A stretch of DNA of 64,000 nucleotides from Candidatus Tectimicrobiota bacterium (GTDB lineage: Bacteria > UBA8248), in the NCBI GenBank assembly GCA_016192135.1, contig JACPUR010000013.1:204277-268276 (forward strand), given 5' to 3'. Below the pieces are notes generated by a model. The model was not told where the DNA came from. It ran no database searches and saw only the letters and a program-made list of their open reading frames with translations. A program made the translations under genes and the position numbers. The stretch's first letter is position 1; the number at the start of each line of letters is the position of its first letter. Of the stretch, positions 9,274-19,303 are shown one piece after another.

Positions 9274-10398
9274 CTACTTGGTGTAAAAAATCTGCCGGTA
9301 TTCTTCTTTCCAGTTATTCATTTCCTTGCCGATCCTCTCCCACTCCATCGGGACGATTTTGAGTCTCTCCAGGGGAGGGCTGAAGGCGGTAATGTCGGAG
9401 GGAAGCTGAATGCCCCTCATGCCGGTGGAAGCGGCCTTGAGCATCATCCATTTCAGATGGCCCCGCTTGCCGTGCAGATAGTCGATAAAGAGCTTGGCGG
9501 TGTTGGGGTTGGGGGCCTTGGCCAGGATGCCGAACGGGTAACCCAAGGCGACGGTCCTGCCCTCGGGGAACACCACCTTGAGAGGGGCCCCTCGCTTCCA
9601 ATCGGGGTAGGCCAGGCCGGATGTGATGGGAAGAGCGATCCACTTCTCTCCGGTCGCCACCTTCTGAACGCTCTCGCGCTGGGCCAAGATGAAGATGGGA
9701 TCCATTTTGGCGAGCTTCTCGAAGTATGAACGGGGAAGAATCTGCCGCATCCCCACATACACGTATGAGATGGTCCCCGACTTGGTGATTTCCGAGACGA
9801 TGATTTTCCCGTTGAACTGGGGATCGAGGACATCGTCCCAAGTCTTGATTTCCTTTTTGACGTATTTGGTATTGTAGAGGATGGAGGAAATGTTCACCTG
9901 GCCCGAGATGTAGTACCCAACCGCTCCGTCGGCGCCTTTCTTCTCTCCGGTTACCTCGGGGATGAAATTGTTGTATGCGAGAGAGCCGTACTTCATCAGG
10001 GCCTTTCGCTGGAGAAGCTGATGGAAAAAGTCCGGCGAGCCGACCTGAAGGAGGTCAAAGCTGTGCCGGCCCGCGCTGATGTCGTTGCGAAGGGTGGAGA
10101 TGACCCCGCCGGAGCGCTTCATCGTGTGGCGCATCCGGATGTGCCCGAGTCCGTAATATTCCTGGAAGTCCTTGTACAAGGCCTGGGCGAAGGGAGGATC
10201 GAGGGAATTCGTGATGATCACGAGCTCATTTTCTTTCTGGGCGCCGGCCAGCAGCTTTGCCGTATGCGCTCTCTCAGCCCCCGAAAGTTCCCGAAGGACC
10301 GGCGGCTCGGCCGCAAGAGCCGGTCCTGGGCTCATCCAAAAAATCACGCTCAGCGCGAGCCATGCCATCTGTGTCGGGAACGTCGTCTTTGGCACCAT
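9274..10398 (-). CDS. ABC transporter substrate-binding protein, AfuA/FbpA-like family
   Basis: Signal peptide (..ALA-AE); YNTKYV..KTWDDVLDPQFNGKI; GAPLKVVFPEG; KAPNPNTAKLFIDYL. ATG 10398 follows AAGGAGG. Confidence 0.85.
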   Translation of the reverse strand: MVPKTTFPTQMAWLALSVIFWMSPGPALAAEPPVLRELSGAERAHTAKLLAGAQKENELVIITNSLDPPFAQALYKDFQEYYGLGHIRMRHTMKRSGGVISTLRNDISAGRHSFDLLQVGSPDFFHQLLQRKALMKYGSLAYNNFIPEVTGEKKGADGAVGYYISGQVNISSILYNTKYVKKEIKTWDDVLDPQFNGKIIVSEITKSGTISYVYVGMRQILPRSYFEKLAKMDPIFILAQRESVQKVATGEKWIALPITSGLAYPDWKRGAPLKVVFPEGRTVALGYPFGILAKAPNPNTAKLFIDYLHGKRGHLKWMMLKAASTGMRGIQLPSDITAFSPPLERLKIVPMEWERIGKEMNNWKEEYRQIFYTK

Positions 10399-10504
10399 GG
10401 GCGCCTCCTTTGCGGCGACGGGTCGCAAGGCTTCCCATCGCATCGGGACAAGGGTCGGCTGCAAGTTAACGTAAATAAAGACCTGAATTTCGGCTATTAA
10501 CTCA

Positions 10505-10532
10505 AATATGTTGCCTGGTTGGGCAATGTCAA
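10505..10532 (-). promoter_or_regulatory. Putative sigma70 promoter with a palindromic operator in the spacer
   Basis: Minus strand reads TTGACA-N16-CATATT. The spacer is the inverted repeat TTGCC-N6-GGCAA (10511-10526). About 110 bp upstream of the binding-protein gene. Confidence 0.55.
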
Positions 10533-10790
10533 TGGCGCTTGAACATAAAATTCGCCGGCTGGAAATCGGACCTGGCTGCCATCGATGCGTGGGACGCTAC
10601 GGCTCCCCTCGGATTGAAGAAGAACTTGGTCGGGAAGCCAGAAGATCGAAGCAGGGAAAACAAACAATTATCAGCGAAATCTGCTTTCCCTTTGGGATGG
10701 ACAGGATGCCGTCTCCCTTTTTTCCCCGCCTCCCGCGAGGCGATTTTTGCCTGCCCATGGTTCTTTGAACGCCTTCTCTTCATTATAATG

Positions 10791-10908
10791 GCCCTATATC
10801 CATCGGACTGAAGGGCACATGTTCGCCGGTAGGTAGAGTGGCGTGAGGCCGCCTTCGGGTCATCCGGCGAACCGTGGTATCGAGGCTGTTGGCGATGGAT
10901 GAGGGGGC
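10791..10908 (+). ncRNA. Candidate structured 5' leader (unassigned cis-regulatory RNA)
   Basis: Begins just after TATAAT (10784-10789). Nested complementary arms ATCCATCG(10798-805)/CGATGGAT(10893-900), GTTCGCCGG(10821-29)/CCGGCGAAC(10864-72) and inner GTGGC/GCCGC. Ends about 25 nt before the start codon. No known riboswitch recognised. Confidence 0.35.
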
Positions 10909-10932
10909 GGGGCCTCAATGGGAGGGGGTGCC

Positions 10933-12189
10933 ATGACAGAAAGCCGCAAGCTCAACCGCAGGACGTTCATCGGCGCGATGGCGGCAGGAGGAGGGTTGCT
11001 GGCCGCGGGGATCGCCCGCCCGGGCACGGCCCGCGCGGCCAAGCCCAGCGGCAAGCCGGTCAAGATCGGCCACATGTGCGTCCTCTCGGGCGTCCTCGGC
11101 GGCTACGGGCAGTTCATGCAGATGGGCGCCACCCTCGCGGCCGAGGAGATCAACGCCGCCGGCGGCATCCTGGGCCGTCCGCTGGAGTTCCAGTTCCGCG
11201 ACACCCAGGTCAAGCCCGACGTCGGCGTCAAGAACGCCCGCTACTTCGTGGACGAGTGGGAGGCGGACTTCGTGGCGGGAATCGACTCCAGCGGGGTGGC
11301 GCTCGCCGTGGGCAAGATCATGCCCCAGCTCAACAAGGTGTTGATGATCACCCACGGCGCCACCGAGAAGGTCAACGAGCAGCTCGTCTACAAGGAGGGA
11401 ATCAAGCAGATCTTCCGGATATCCGTGCCGGTCTACCAGGACGGCATCGCCTCGGCCATGATCGCCAAGGACTTCCCGATCAAGCGGTGGGCGACCATCT
11501 CTCCCAAGTACGAGTACGGCTACACCTCCTGGGAGATGTTCAAGAAGACGCTGAAGCAGTTCCGGCCCGACGTCCAATTCGTGGAGGAGTCGTGGGCCCC
11601 CTTCGGGACGCAGGACTTCGGCCCCCACATCTCCAAGGTCATGTCCGCCAACCCGGAGGGCATCTTCACCACCGAGTGGGCCGGCGAGGCGGTCTCGCTG
11701 GTGAAGCAGGCGAAGCTGTTCGGAGTCTTCGGCAAGATCAAGGAGTGGGTCAACCCGATGGGCGGGGCCATGGACGTGCTCGAGGGGCTGGGGAAGGATT
11801 ACCCCGAGGGACTGTGGGTGAGCAGCCGCTATTGGTTCCTTTACCCGCCCACGGGCGTCAACGAGAGCTTCGTGCAGCGCTTCCACAAGCGCTGGAACCG
11901 GTATCCCCATTACTCCTCCGAAACCTCCTACTCCGCCTATTGGGCGATCAAGCAGGCCTGCGAGCGGGCGGGGAGCACCGAGACGGACAAGGTCATCAAG
12001 GCTCTTGAGGACATGACCATGATCAGCCCCGGGGGGCGGCGCTGGTTCCGCAAGGAGGACCACCAGGCCGTCTACGAGGTGCCCTGGGGGCGGACCAAGG
12101 CCGATCCCAAGTATCCCTTCCGCATCCTGGGGGACATCAGGACGGTCCCGGCCGAGATGTACTACCGGCACCCCCCGTTCACTTCCTAA
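10933..12189 (+). CDS. Branched-chain amino acid (Liv/HAAT)-type ABC substrate-binding protein, Tat-exported
   Basis: Twin-arginine signal LNRRTFI; PVKIG, EEINAAGGILGRPLE, DSSGVALAV. ATG 10933 follows GGAGG. Confidence 0.92.
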   Translation: MTESRKLNRRTFIGAMAAGGGLLAAGIARPGTARAAKPSGKPVKIGHMCVLSGVLGGYGQFMQMGATLAAEEINAAGGILGRPLEFQFRDTQVKPDVGVKNARYFVDEWEADFVAGIDSSGVALAVGKIMPQLNKVLMITHGATEKVNEQLVYKEGIKQIFRISVPVYQDGIASAMIAKDFPIKRWATISPKYEYGYTSWEMFKKTLKQFRPDVQFVEESWAPFGTQDFGPHISKVMSANPEGIFTTEWAGEAVSLVKQAKLFGVFGKIKEWVNPMGGAMDVLEGLGKDYPEGLWVSSRYWFLYPPTGVNESFVQRFHKRWNRYPHYSSETSYSAYWAIKQACERAGSTETDKVIKALEDMTMISPGGRRWFRKEDHQAVYEVPWGRTKADPKYPFRILGDIRTVPAEMYYRHPPFTS

Positions 12190-12209
12190 GCACTTTCCGG
12201 CGACCCGGT

Positions 12210-12243
12210 CGCGGGCCTCTTCCAAGGAAGGAAGAGGCCCGCG
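12210..12243 (+). other. Perfect 14-bp intercistronic stem-loop after the binding-protein gene (probable mRNA-stabilising or attenuating hairpin)
   Basis: CGCGGGCCTCTTCC-AAGGAA-GGAAGAGGCCCGCG with no U-tract. Confidence 0.7.
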
Positions 12244-12269
12244 CTCCCCCGTGCGAGGAGGCCAGGAAG

Positions 12270-13133
12270 TTGCTTGAGCAGCTGCTCTACCAGGGCATGA
12301 TCGGGCTGAGCCTGGCCATGTTCCTGTGGCTCGTCGCCGCGGGCCTCACCCTCATCTTCGGCGTGCTCGGGGTGCTGAATTTCGCCCACGGGAGCCTCTA
12401 CATGCTGGGGGCTTACCTCAGTTACAGCGCCGTGCGCATCCTGGGGATGGACTTCTGGGTGGGGCTGGCCGTGGGTCCGCTCCTGGTGGCCCTCGTGGGC
12501 GGCCTGATGGAGCGCTTGTTCATCCGGCGCGTGTACCACATCGACGAGGCCTACCAGCTCCTCCTCACCTTCGCGTTCATCCTGATCTTCGCCGACCTGG
12601 TGAAGTGGGGCTGGGGACCCGTCTACCAGTCGGCCCCGGTTCCCGGATTTCTCGCGGGGGCGATCTCCATCCTCGGGCGGCCCTTCCCCGTCTACAACCT
12701 CTTCGTCATCGCGCTGGGGCCGCTGGTGGGCCTGGGGCTGTGGCTCCTGCTGGAGAAAAGCTGGTGGGGACGCACCATCCGGGCCGCCGCCGCCGACCGC
12801 GAGATGGCGGCCGCCATCGGAGTGAATGTCCCGGGGCTGTTCACCGGGGTGTTCATGTTCGGCTCTTGGCTGGGGGGCGTGGGGGGGGCGCTGGGAATCC
12901 CCATCCGCACGGTGTCGCCGGGAATGGCGGAGGACTACATCATTCAGGCGTTCGCCGTGGCCGTCATTGGGGGGCTGGGCAATTTGAAAGGGGCCTTCTT
13001 CGGGTCCATCCTCATCGGGCTCGTGAATGCCTACGGGCACCTCTACGCCCCGGTCTTCGAGCTGGCCTTCATGTACATCCTGATGGCGGCCATTCTGCTC
13101 GTCCGCCCTCAGGGCCTCTTCGGGGCTTCCTAG
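12270..13133 (+). CDS. livH: Liv-type ABC permease (LivH-like)
   Basis: AAGLTLIFGVLGVLNFAHGSLYMLGAY; VIGGLGNLKGA. TTG start. Confidence 0.9.
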   Translation: MLEQLLYQGMIGLSLAMFLWLVAAGLTLIFGVLGVLNFAHGSLYMLGAYLSYSAVRILGMDFWVGLAVGPLLVALVGGLMERLFIRRVYHIDEAYQLLLTFAFILIFADLVKWGWGPVYQSAPVPGFLAGAISILGRPFPVYNLFVIALGPLVGLGLWLLLEKSWWGRTIRAAAADREMAAAIGVNVPGLFTGVFMFGSWLGGVGGALGIPIRTVSPGMAEDYIIQAFAVAVIGGLGNLKGAFFGSILIGLVNAYGHLYAPVFELAFMYILMAAILLVRPQGLFGAS

Positions 13134-13160
13134 GCCCGAGACAGGGAGGGAAGGGAATCC

Positions 13161-14123
13161 ATGCGCGCCTTGCGTTGGACCTTTTGTCTGGCGGCCGCGA
13201 TTCTCCTGCTGTGCATCCCTCTCACCGGCGAGCGATTCTACATGTATCTCACCATCCAGGTCCTCATCCTCGCCCTCTTCGCCATGGGCTTCAACCTCCT
13301 GTTCGGCTACACGGGGCTCCTCTCATTCGGCCACGCGGGCTTCTACGCGGCGGGCGCCTATGCGACGGGCCTCCTGCTCATGCGAACGCCCTTGTCTCTC
13401 CTGCCGAGCATCCTCGGCGGGGCGCTCGTCGCCGGCGGGCTGGGGGTCGTGATTGGATTCTTCTGCGTCCGCCACACGCGCATCTACTTCGCCATGCTCA
13501 CCCTGGCATTCGGGATGATGGTGTACGCGCTCGCCTTCGACTGGAAGTCCGTGACGGGCGGGGACGACGGGCTGATCGGCATCCCTCGGGGATCCCTCTG
13601 GATTCCGGGCATGGGCGCCGTGAAGATGAACGCGCTGTGGACCTACTACTACCTCGTCCTGGCGATCACCGCGGCCGGCGTGGGGATGATCCACCGCGTG
13701 GTCCACTCCCCCTTCGGCCTCGTCCTCCAGGGCATCCGGGAGAACGAAAACCGGGCGGCCTTCGCAGGCGTCCCGGTAAGACGCTACCGCTTGGCGGCGT
13801 TCGCCCTCTCCTCGTTCATCAGCGGCCTGGCAGGCGCCATGGTGGCTCCCCTCGAGAACACCGTCGCTCCTACCGCGGCCCATTGGACCAAGTCGGCCGC
13901 GCCCGTGCTGGCCACCCTCCTGGGCGGCATCCATACCTTCGCCGGCCCCATGGTGGGGGCTTTCCTCTTCTACGTGATCCAGGAGTTCATCGAGCGGATG
14001 ACGGAATTTTGGCTCCTCGGCTTCGGCCTGGTGCTGCTTGTCCTCGTTCTGGGATTTCGGGGAGGCGTGGTCGGATACTACGAGGCGCACATCCGGCCGG
14101 CGCTCTGTAGGCGGCTCGGTTGA
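13161..14123 (+). CDS. livM: Liv-type ABC permease (LivM-like)
   Basis: FNLLFGYTGLLSFGHAGFY; YFAMLTLAF; TGGDDGL; SPFGLVLQGIRENE. Confidence 0.9.
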   Translation: MRALRWTFCLAAAILLLCIPLTGERFYMYLTIQVLILALFAMGFNLLFGYTGLLSFGHAGFYAAGAYATGLLLMRTPLSLLPSILGGALVAGGLGVVIGFFCVRHTRIYFAMLTLAFGMMVYALAFDWKSVTGGDDGLIGIPRGSLWIPGMGAVKMNALWTYYYLVLAITAAGVGMIHRVVHSPFGLVLQGIRENENRAAFAGVPVRRYRLAAFALSSFISGLAGAMVAPLENTVAPTAAHWTKSAAPVLATLLGGIHTFAGPMVGAFLFYVIQEFIERMTEFWLLGFGLVLLVLVLGFRGGVVGYYEAHIRPALCRRLG

Positions 14124-14890
14124 CGGGCCCCGCTCGTCCCGAACTTCTCCGGACGGAGAAGTTGCATAAATCCTTCGGCGAGGTGCGCGCCGTCGACGGC
14201 GTCGACTTGGAGCTGAAGGAGGGCGTGCTGACAGCCATCATCGGGCCAAACGGCGCCGGGAAGACCACGTTCATCAACCTGCTCTCCGGAAACTTTCTCC
14301 CCGACGCGGGCCGGATATTCTTCCAGGGCGAGGAGATCACCCGGCTCCCCGTTCATCAGCGCGTGCGCCGCGGCCTGGGACGATCCTTTCAGATCACGAA
14401 CGTCTTCCCCCAGCTCGCCGTCCATCAGAACGTCCAGATCCCCCTCTTGAGCCATCTCGGCACCGCCTGGCGTTTCTGGCGCGCGGTGGACGTGAATGGG
14501 GAAATCCGCCGGAGAACGGAGATGATCCTGGCCGAAACCGGCCTGGAAGAGAAGGCGAATCTTCCGGCCGCCACCCTTTCACACGGCGACCAGAGGCTGC
14601 TGGAGGTGGGCATCGCGTTGGCCGCCGAGCCGCGCTTGATCCTCCTGGACGAGCCCACCGCGGGGATGAACCCCGCCGAGCGCGCCCGCATCCTGAAGCT
14701 GATCTCGGACCTCAGCGCGGCGGGGCGGACCACCTTCGTGCTCGTCGAGCACGACATGGACGTGGTCTTTTCACTGGCGCACGAGATAGTGGTGCTCCAC
14801 CAGGGCCGGATTCTCGCCCGCGGAACCCCTTCCGCCATCCGGGGGGATGCGCGGGTGCGCGAGATTTACCTCGGAGGGGAGGTCGCATGA
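14120..14890 (+). CDS. livG: Liv-type ABC ATP-binding protein (LivG-like)
   Basis: Walker A GPNGAGKTT, LSHGDQR, LLDEPTAG, VEHDMD, VREIYLG. Confidence 0.92.
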   Translation: MTGPARPELLRTEKLHKSFGEVRAVDGVDLELKEGVLTAIIGPNGAGKTTFINLLSGNFLPDAGRIFFQGEEITRLPVHQRVRRGLGRSFQITNVFPQLAVHQNVQIPLLSHLGTAWRFWRAVDVNGEIRRRTEMILAETGLEEKANLPAATLSHGDQRLLEVGIALAAEPRLILLDEPTAGMNPAERARILKLISDLSAAGRTTFVLVEHDMDVVFSLAHEIVVLHQGRILARGTPSAIRGDARVREIYLGGEVA

Positions 14891-15591
14891 TCCTCCGGGT
14901 GGAGAATATCAATACCTTTTACGGCGCCAGCCACATCCTCCAGGATGTCAGCCTGGCGGTCGAGCGGGGCGAAGTGGTGTGTCTCCTGGGCCGGAACGGC
15001 GTCGGCAAGACCACCACGCTGCGCAGCGTCATCGGGCTGGCGCCTCCGCGGAGCGGCCGAGTCGTATTCATGGAGCGGGACATCGCCGGCCTGGCGCCCT
15101 ACCACATCGCGCGCCGCGGGGTGGGCTATGTCCCGGACGATCGCCGCGTCTTCGCCGAGCTAAGCGCGGAAGAGAATCTTGAGCTGGCACGCCGTTCCGC
15201 GGGCAGCCGGGAGGGTGCGTGGACGCTCGAGAAGGTTCTCGACCTCCTGCCGGCCCTGAGGCCCCTGATTTCCCGGCGCGGGAGCCATCTCAGCGGCGGC
15301 GAGCAGAAGATGCTCTCCATCGGGCGCGCGCTGATGACCAATCCCTCGCTCCTCCTCCTCGATGAACCCTCCGAGGGGCTCAGTCCCATCGTGGTACGGA
15401 GCCTCGTCGAGATCATCCGCACCATACGGGAAGAGAAGGTGACCATCCTGATGGCGGACCAAAACCTCAGGTTCTCCCGCTTGGTGGCAAGCCGGGCCTA
15501 TATCCTGGAGAAAGGGGCCGTCCAGCACGCGGGGACGCTGGAGGAGATCTACGCCGACGAGCAGGTCGTGCGGCGCTACCTGGCAATTTGA
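14887..15591 (+). CDS. livF: Liv-type ABC ATP-binding protein (LivF-like)
   Basis: GRNGVGKTT, LSGGEQKML, LLDEPSEGLSP. Overlaps the upstream stop (ATGA). Confidence 0.92.
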   Translation: MILRVENINTFYGASHILQDVSLAVERGEVVCLLGRNGVGKTTTLRSVIGLAPPRSGRVVFMERDIAGLAPYHIARRGVGYVPDDRRVFAELSAEENLELARRSAGSREGAWTLEKVLDLLPALRPLISRRGSHLSGGEQKMLSIGRALMTNPSLLLLDEPSEGLSPIVVRSLVEIIRTIREEKVTILMADQNLRFSRLVASRAYILEKGAVQHAGTLEEIYADEQVVRRYLAI

Positions 15592-15618
15592 TCGGTGCCG
15601 GAGCCGAAGCGCTCTCTT

Positions 15619-16977
15619 CTAAATATCGGCCAGATCGCGGATGACCTTGACCGAGGTCTTGATCCCCTTGCGGAAAAATTCGAGATCCAGGTTCTCGTTC
15701 GGGGCGTGGTTCGCCTCGTCGTAGTTGCCGTAGGGCACCTTCACCATCGGGATCCCCAGGAGCTCGTTGAAGATATAGCTGGGGTTGGAGCCCCCGGTGA
15801 CCGGGTAAAGCAGGGGCTCCTTGCCGAAGATCTCGCGCACGGCCGCGACGACGGCCACGCTCATCGGGTGGTCGAGCGGGGTCTTGGAGGGGTGATAGGT
15901 GAGGAGCTGGATTACCTCCAGGTCGCCAAAGCCATGCCGGCGGGCGTGGGCCTTGAACTTCTCGAAGATCTCGGGCGGGGTCTGGTTCTTCACCAGCCGC
16001 ATGTCGATCTTGGCCGAGGCCGTGGAGGGGATGACGGTCTTGGTGCCGGGGCCGCCGTAGCCCGAGGTGAGCCCGCAGATATTGAGGGTGGGCTGGAACA
16101 TGATCTTCTCGAAATAGCCCATGCCCGAGGGACCCGCCTCCTCGGCCACGCCGACCTCCCGCTTCCAGGCCTCCTTGTTGAAGGGGATGGCCGCCAGGGC
16201 ACGGCGGTCCGCCTCGGTGGGGGGAATGACGCTATCAAAAAAGCCTGCGACGGCGGGCCGGCCGTCAGGGTCCCGGAGGGTCTGGAGGAATTCCACGAGC
16301 CGCCAGGCGGCGTTCGGCATGGGCCCCCCGAATTGGCCTGAGTGGACGTCACGGCGCGCGGTGCGGACCCTCACCTCCACATAGCAGGAGCCCCGGTTCC
16401 CGAAGGAGAGGAGGGGCACGTTCCCCTCGGCGGCGATCCCGTCGGCGTTGTAGCCGAAGTCCGCGCGGAAGAGATCGGCGTGGGAGGTCACGAACGCCTC
16501 CAGCATGGGGCTCCCGATCTCCTCCTGGGGATCGAGGAGGATGCGGAGGTTGAGGGGCACGCCGCGCCCGCTCCGCTGGAGGGCCTCGACGGCCTTGAGG
16601 TGGGCGAGGAACTGGCCCTTGTTGTCCCCCGTGCCCCGGCCGTACATGCGGCCGCCCTTGATCGCGGGCTCGAAGGGCGGGGTGTCCCAGGCGTCGAGGG
16701 GCTCGGGCGGCTGGACGTCGAAGTGCCCGTAGATGAAGAGGGTGCGCCGGGCGCCCGGGGCGTCGAGGCGCCCGTAGACGAGGGGCGGGTTGTCCGGCCC
16801 TCCCATGGTCATCACCCGGGCGTCGATTCCAATCTCTTTCATCCCGCTTACGATATGACGCGCGCAGTCCTCCAGGCCCTTTTTCTGGGCGCTCACGCTG
16901 GGGATGCGGCAGAGGGCGGCCAGCTCCTCGACGAAACGGTCGAAGTTCCGGTCGATGTAGGCGAATGCTTTTTCCAC
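15619..16977 (-). CDS. M20/M25/M40 metallo-hydrolase (dipeptidase/deacylase-like)
   Basis: YGHFDVQP, GRGTGDNKG, QEEIGS, NHAPNE. GTG start at 16977 after GGGGAGGGG; the ORF-track extension overlaps the next gene. Confidence 0.9.
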   Translation of the reverse strand: MEKAFAYIDRNFDRFVEELAALCRIPSVSAQKKGLEDCARHIVSGMKEIGIDARVMTMGGPDNPPLVYGRLDAPGARRTLFIYGHFDVQPPEPLDAWDTPPFEPAIKGGRMYGRGTGDNKGQFLAHLKAVEALQRSGRGVPLNLRILLDPQEEIGSPMLEAFVTSHADLFRADFGYNADGIAAEGNVPLLSFGNRGSCYVEVRVRTARRDVHSGQFGGPMPNAAWRLVEFLQTLRDPDGRPAVAGFFDSVIPPTEADRRALAAIPFNKEAWKREVGVAEEAGPSGMGYFEKIMFQPTLNICGLTSGYGGPGTKTVIPSTASAKIDMRLVKNQTPPEIFEKFKAHARRHGFGDLEVIQLLTYHPSKTPLDHPMSVAVVAAVREIFGKEPLLYPVTGGSNPSYIFNELLGIPMVKVPYGNYDEANHAPNENLDLEFFRKGIKTSVKVIRDLADI

Positions 16978-17003
16978 GTTCCCCTCCCCTCTGCGCGGCC
17001 GGC

Positions 17004-18356
17004 TCAGCCCGCCAGGGACGCGAGCGCCGCGGCGCCCATCTTGATCCCCATCATGAAGTGATCGATGCGGATGCTCTCGTTCGGGCCGTGCTGGCCGCTG
17101 TTCGGCTGGGAGTAGTTCGTGGTGATGACGGGCAGGCCCAGGTACTGGTTGAACACCTGGGTCGATGCGTTGCTCCCCCCCGAGATGGGCATGACGAGGG
17201 GGGAGGCGTCGAGCACCCCCTCCCGGTGCATCCGCCGGAAAGCCTCCAGGACGGGGCGCACCATGGGGTGGTCCAGGGGCGTCTTGTTGGGCAGGCTCCC
17301 CCTCGTCAGGCTGAGGGTGGCGCCGGGGATGCCCTGGGCCTCGACGTGGCGCTTGATCTTCTCGAAGGTGCCCTCGGGGGTCATGTTCTTCACCAGGCGC
17401 GACTCGAGGTAGCACATGGCCTGGCCGGGGATGATGGTGGACTCCATCCCGCACTCGAAGCCCTCGATGGTGAGGGTGGGCCGGAAGAAGAGCTTCTCGC
17501 TCACGCTGTACCGGGGAGAACCGTAGATCTTGGAGATGCCCAGCGCGCGGCACACCTCGGCCTCGTCGTCGGGGATGTCCGCGAGGGCTTGGCGCTCCAG
17601 CTCACTCGGAGGAGCCACCTCGTCGTAGAAGCCCGGGATCAGGACCTCCCCCTCGGGATCCTTCATCGTGTGGAGGATGTGGACGAGGTCCCAGGCCGGG
17701 TTGCGGACGAGTTCCCCGAAGTTCCCCGAGTGGACGTGCTTCCCGATCTCGTTCCGGACCACCAGCCGCATGCAGAGGTTGCCGCGGTTCCCGAGGCGGA
17801 CGGTGGGCCGGCCGCTGGTGTGCCGGGGGCCGTCCGAGGCGTAGTAGAGGTCGGCCCGGAGCTCCTCTCGGTGGGCCTCCGCGAAGCCCTGGAAGCTCTT
17901 GCAGCCGATCTCCTCCTCCCCCTCGAAGACGAAGATGACGGCCACCGGGAGCCGCCCCATCTCCTTCAGGAGGCGGACGGCAATGGCGTTGGCGAGGAGC
18001 TGGCCCTTGTCGTCCGCCGCGCCGCGGGCGTAGATGGCGCCGCCGCGCTCGGTGGGCTCGAACGGAGGCGACTCCCACTCCGAGAGATCGCCCACCTGCT
18101 TGACGTCGTAGTGGCCGTAGACGATGACCCGCCGTCTGGCCCCCGGCGGCTCCACCTTGCCGAGAACGACCGGATGGCCCTTCGTGGGCACCACCCGGGC
18201 CTCGGCCCCCCAGCCCTGGAGCCAGCGGCACAGGTGCGCCGCGCACTCCGAAATGCCCTCCCCCGTGTAGCTTACGCTGGGCAGCCGGAGGAGGTCATTG
18301 AGCTCCGCGATGAACTTCTCTTGTCCCCGGTCGATGGCTTCGTAGACGTCCTTCAT
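17004..18356 (-). CDS. M20/M25/M40 metallo-hydrolase, paralogue of the neighbouring gene
   Basis: [32 protein letters not shown] 18356 after GGGAG. Confidence 0.9.
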   Translation of the reverse strand: MKDVYEAIDRGQEKFIAELNDLLRLPSVSYTGEGISECAAHLCRWLQGWGAEARVVPTKGHPVVLGKVEPPGARRRVIVYGHYDVKQVGDLSEWESPPFEPTERGGAIYARGAADDKGQLLANAIAVRLLKEMGRLPVAVIFVFEGEEEIGCKSFQGFAEAHREELRADLYYASDGPRHTSGRPTVRLGNRGNLCMRLVVRNEIGKHVHSGNFGELVRNPAWDLVHILHTMKDPEGEVLIPGFYDEVAPPSELERQALADIPDDEAEVCRALGISKIYGSPRYSVSEKLFFRPTLTIEGFECGMESTIIPGQAMCYLESRLVKNMTPEGTFEKIKRHVEAQGIPGATLSLTRGSLPNKTPLDHPMVRPVLEAFRRMHREGVLDASPLVMPISGGSNASTQVFNQYLGLPVITTNYSQPNSGQHGPNESIRIDHFMMGIKMGAAALASLAG

Positions 18357-18382
18357 GGCGCTCCCTTGTCCGAAGAAAAAAA

Positions 18383-19300
18383 CTAGGCCGCCTGGTGCGG
18401 GTCGAGAAAATCGCGCAGGGCGTCGCCCAGCAGGTTGATGCCCAGCGTGGTGGCGAAGATCGCGATGCCCGGGAAGGCCGCCAGCCACCAGAGGTTCAGC
18501 ATGTAGGTCCGCCCCTCGCTCAGCATGCCCCCCCAGGAGGGGATGGGCGGCTGGACCCCCAGCCCCAGGAAGCTCAGGAAGGCCTCTCGGAGGATGTTGT
18601 GGGCCACCTCGAGGGTGCTCACGACGAGGATGGTGCTGATCAGGTTGGGGAAAATGTGCCGCAGGATGATCCGGCCCTGGGTGCCCCCGATCCCTCGGGC
18701 GGCCAGGGTGAATTCCTGCTCCCGGTAGCTCATCACTTCGGCGCGGACCACCCGCGTGTAGAGCGGCCAGCTCGTAATCCCCAGGACCACGATGAGGTTA
18801 AAGAAGCTCGGCCCCAGCACCGAGATGACGGCCAGGGCCAGGAGCACGCCCGGGAAGGCGAGCATCACGTTCACCGCGAACGAGACAAAGTTGTCCCACC
18901 TCCCCCCGAAGTAGCCCGCCGTCACGCCCAGCGGGATCCCGATCAGGGCGGCGAACAGGGTGGACAGGAAGCCCGCAGCGAGCGAGATGCGCGAGCCGAA
19001 GATGAGGCGGGAGAGGTAGTCGCGCCCCACTTGGTCCGTGCCCAGGAGGTGGAGCGTCGAGCCCTTGGCCTCCCAGGCCGGGGGGATGAGCCGCTGGCTC
19101 ACGATTCCCCTATAGGGATCATGCGGCGCCACCCAGGGAGCCAGGAAGGAGCCAGCGAGGATGACGAGGACGGCGAAGGCGCCGATCAGGCCGTAGCGCA
19201 CCCGCCAGAGCCGGTGGCGCAGGGGGACGCTCCCGCGGACATCCAAGGGCGCCTCGCGCCAGGCTGCGGCCGCCTCTGCCATCCGGGTCTCGGTCGCCAT
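18383..19300 (-). CDS. dppC: Dipeptide/oligopeptide/nickel ABC permease (DppC-like)
   Basis: [43 protein letters not shown]. Confidence 0.9.
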   Translation of the reverse strand: MATETRMAEAAAAWREAPLDVRGSVPLRHRLWRVRYGLIGAFAVLVILAGSFLAPWVAPHDPYRGIVSQRLIPPAWEAKGSTLHLLGTDQVGRDYLSRLIFGSRISLAAGFLSTLFAALIGIPLGVTAGYFGGRWDNFVSFAVNVMLAFPGVLLALAVISVLGPSFFNLIVVLGITSWPLYTRVVRAEVMSYREQEFTLAARGIGGTQGRIILRHIFPNLISTILVVSTLEVAHNILREAFLSFLGLGVQPPIPSWGGMLSEGRTYMLNLWWLAAFPGIAIFATTLGINLLGDALRDFLDPHQAA

Positions 19301-19303
19301 GGC

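Noticed and set aside
10539..10811. 90-aa plus-strand ORF in the divergent promoter region
   Set aside because: TTG start without an RBS, overlaps promoter elements, and no recognisable family; a gene remnant cannot be excluded.
10795..10845. Resemblance of CCGGTAGGTAG to the 3' part of a c-di-GMP-I riboswitch
   Set aside because: No upstream GGCAAA / GAAA-tetraloop P2 / GACGCAAAG elements, so it was kept only as an unassigned structured leader.
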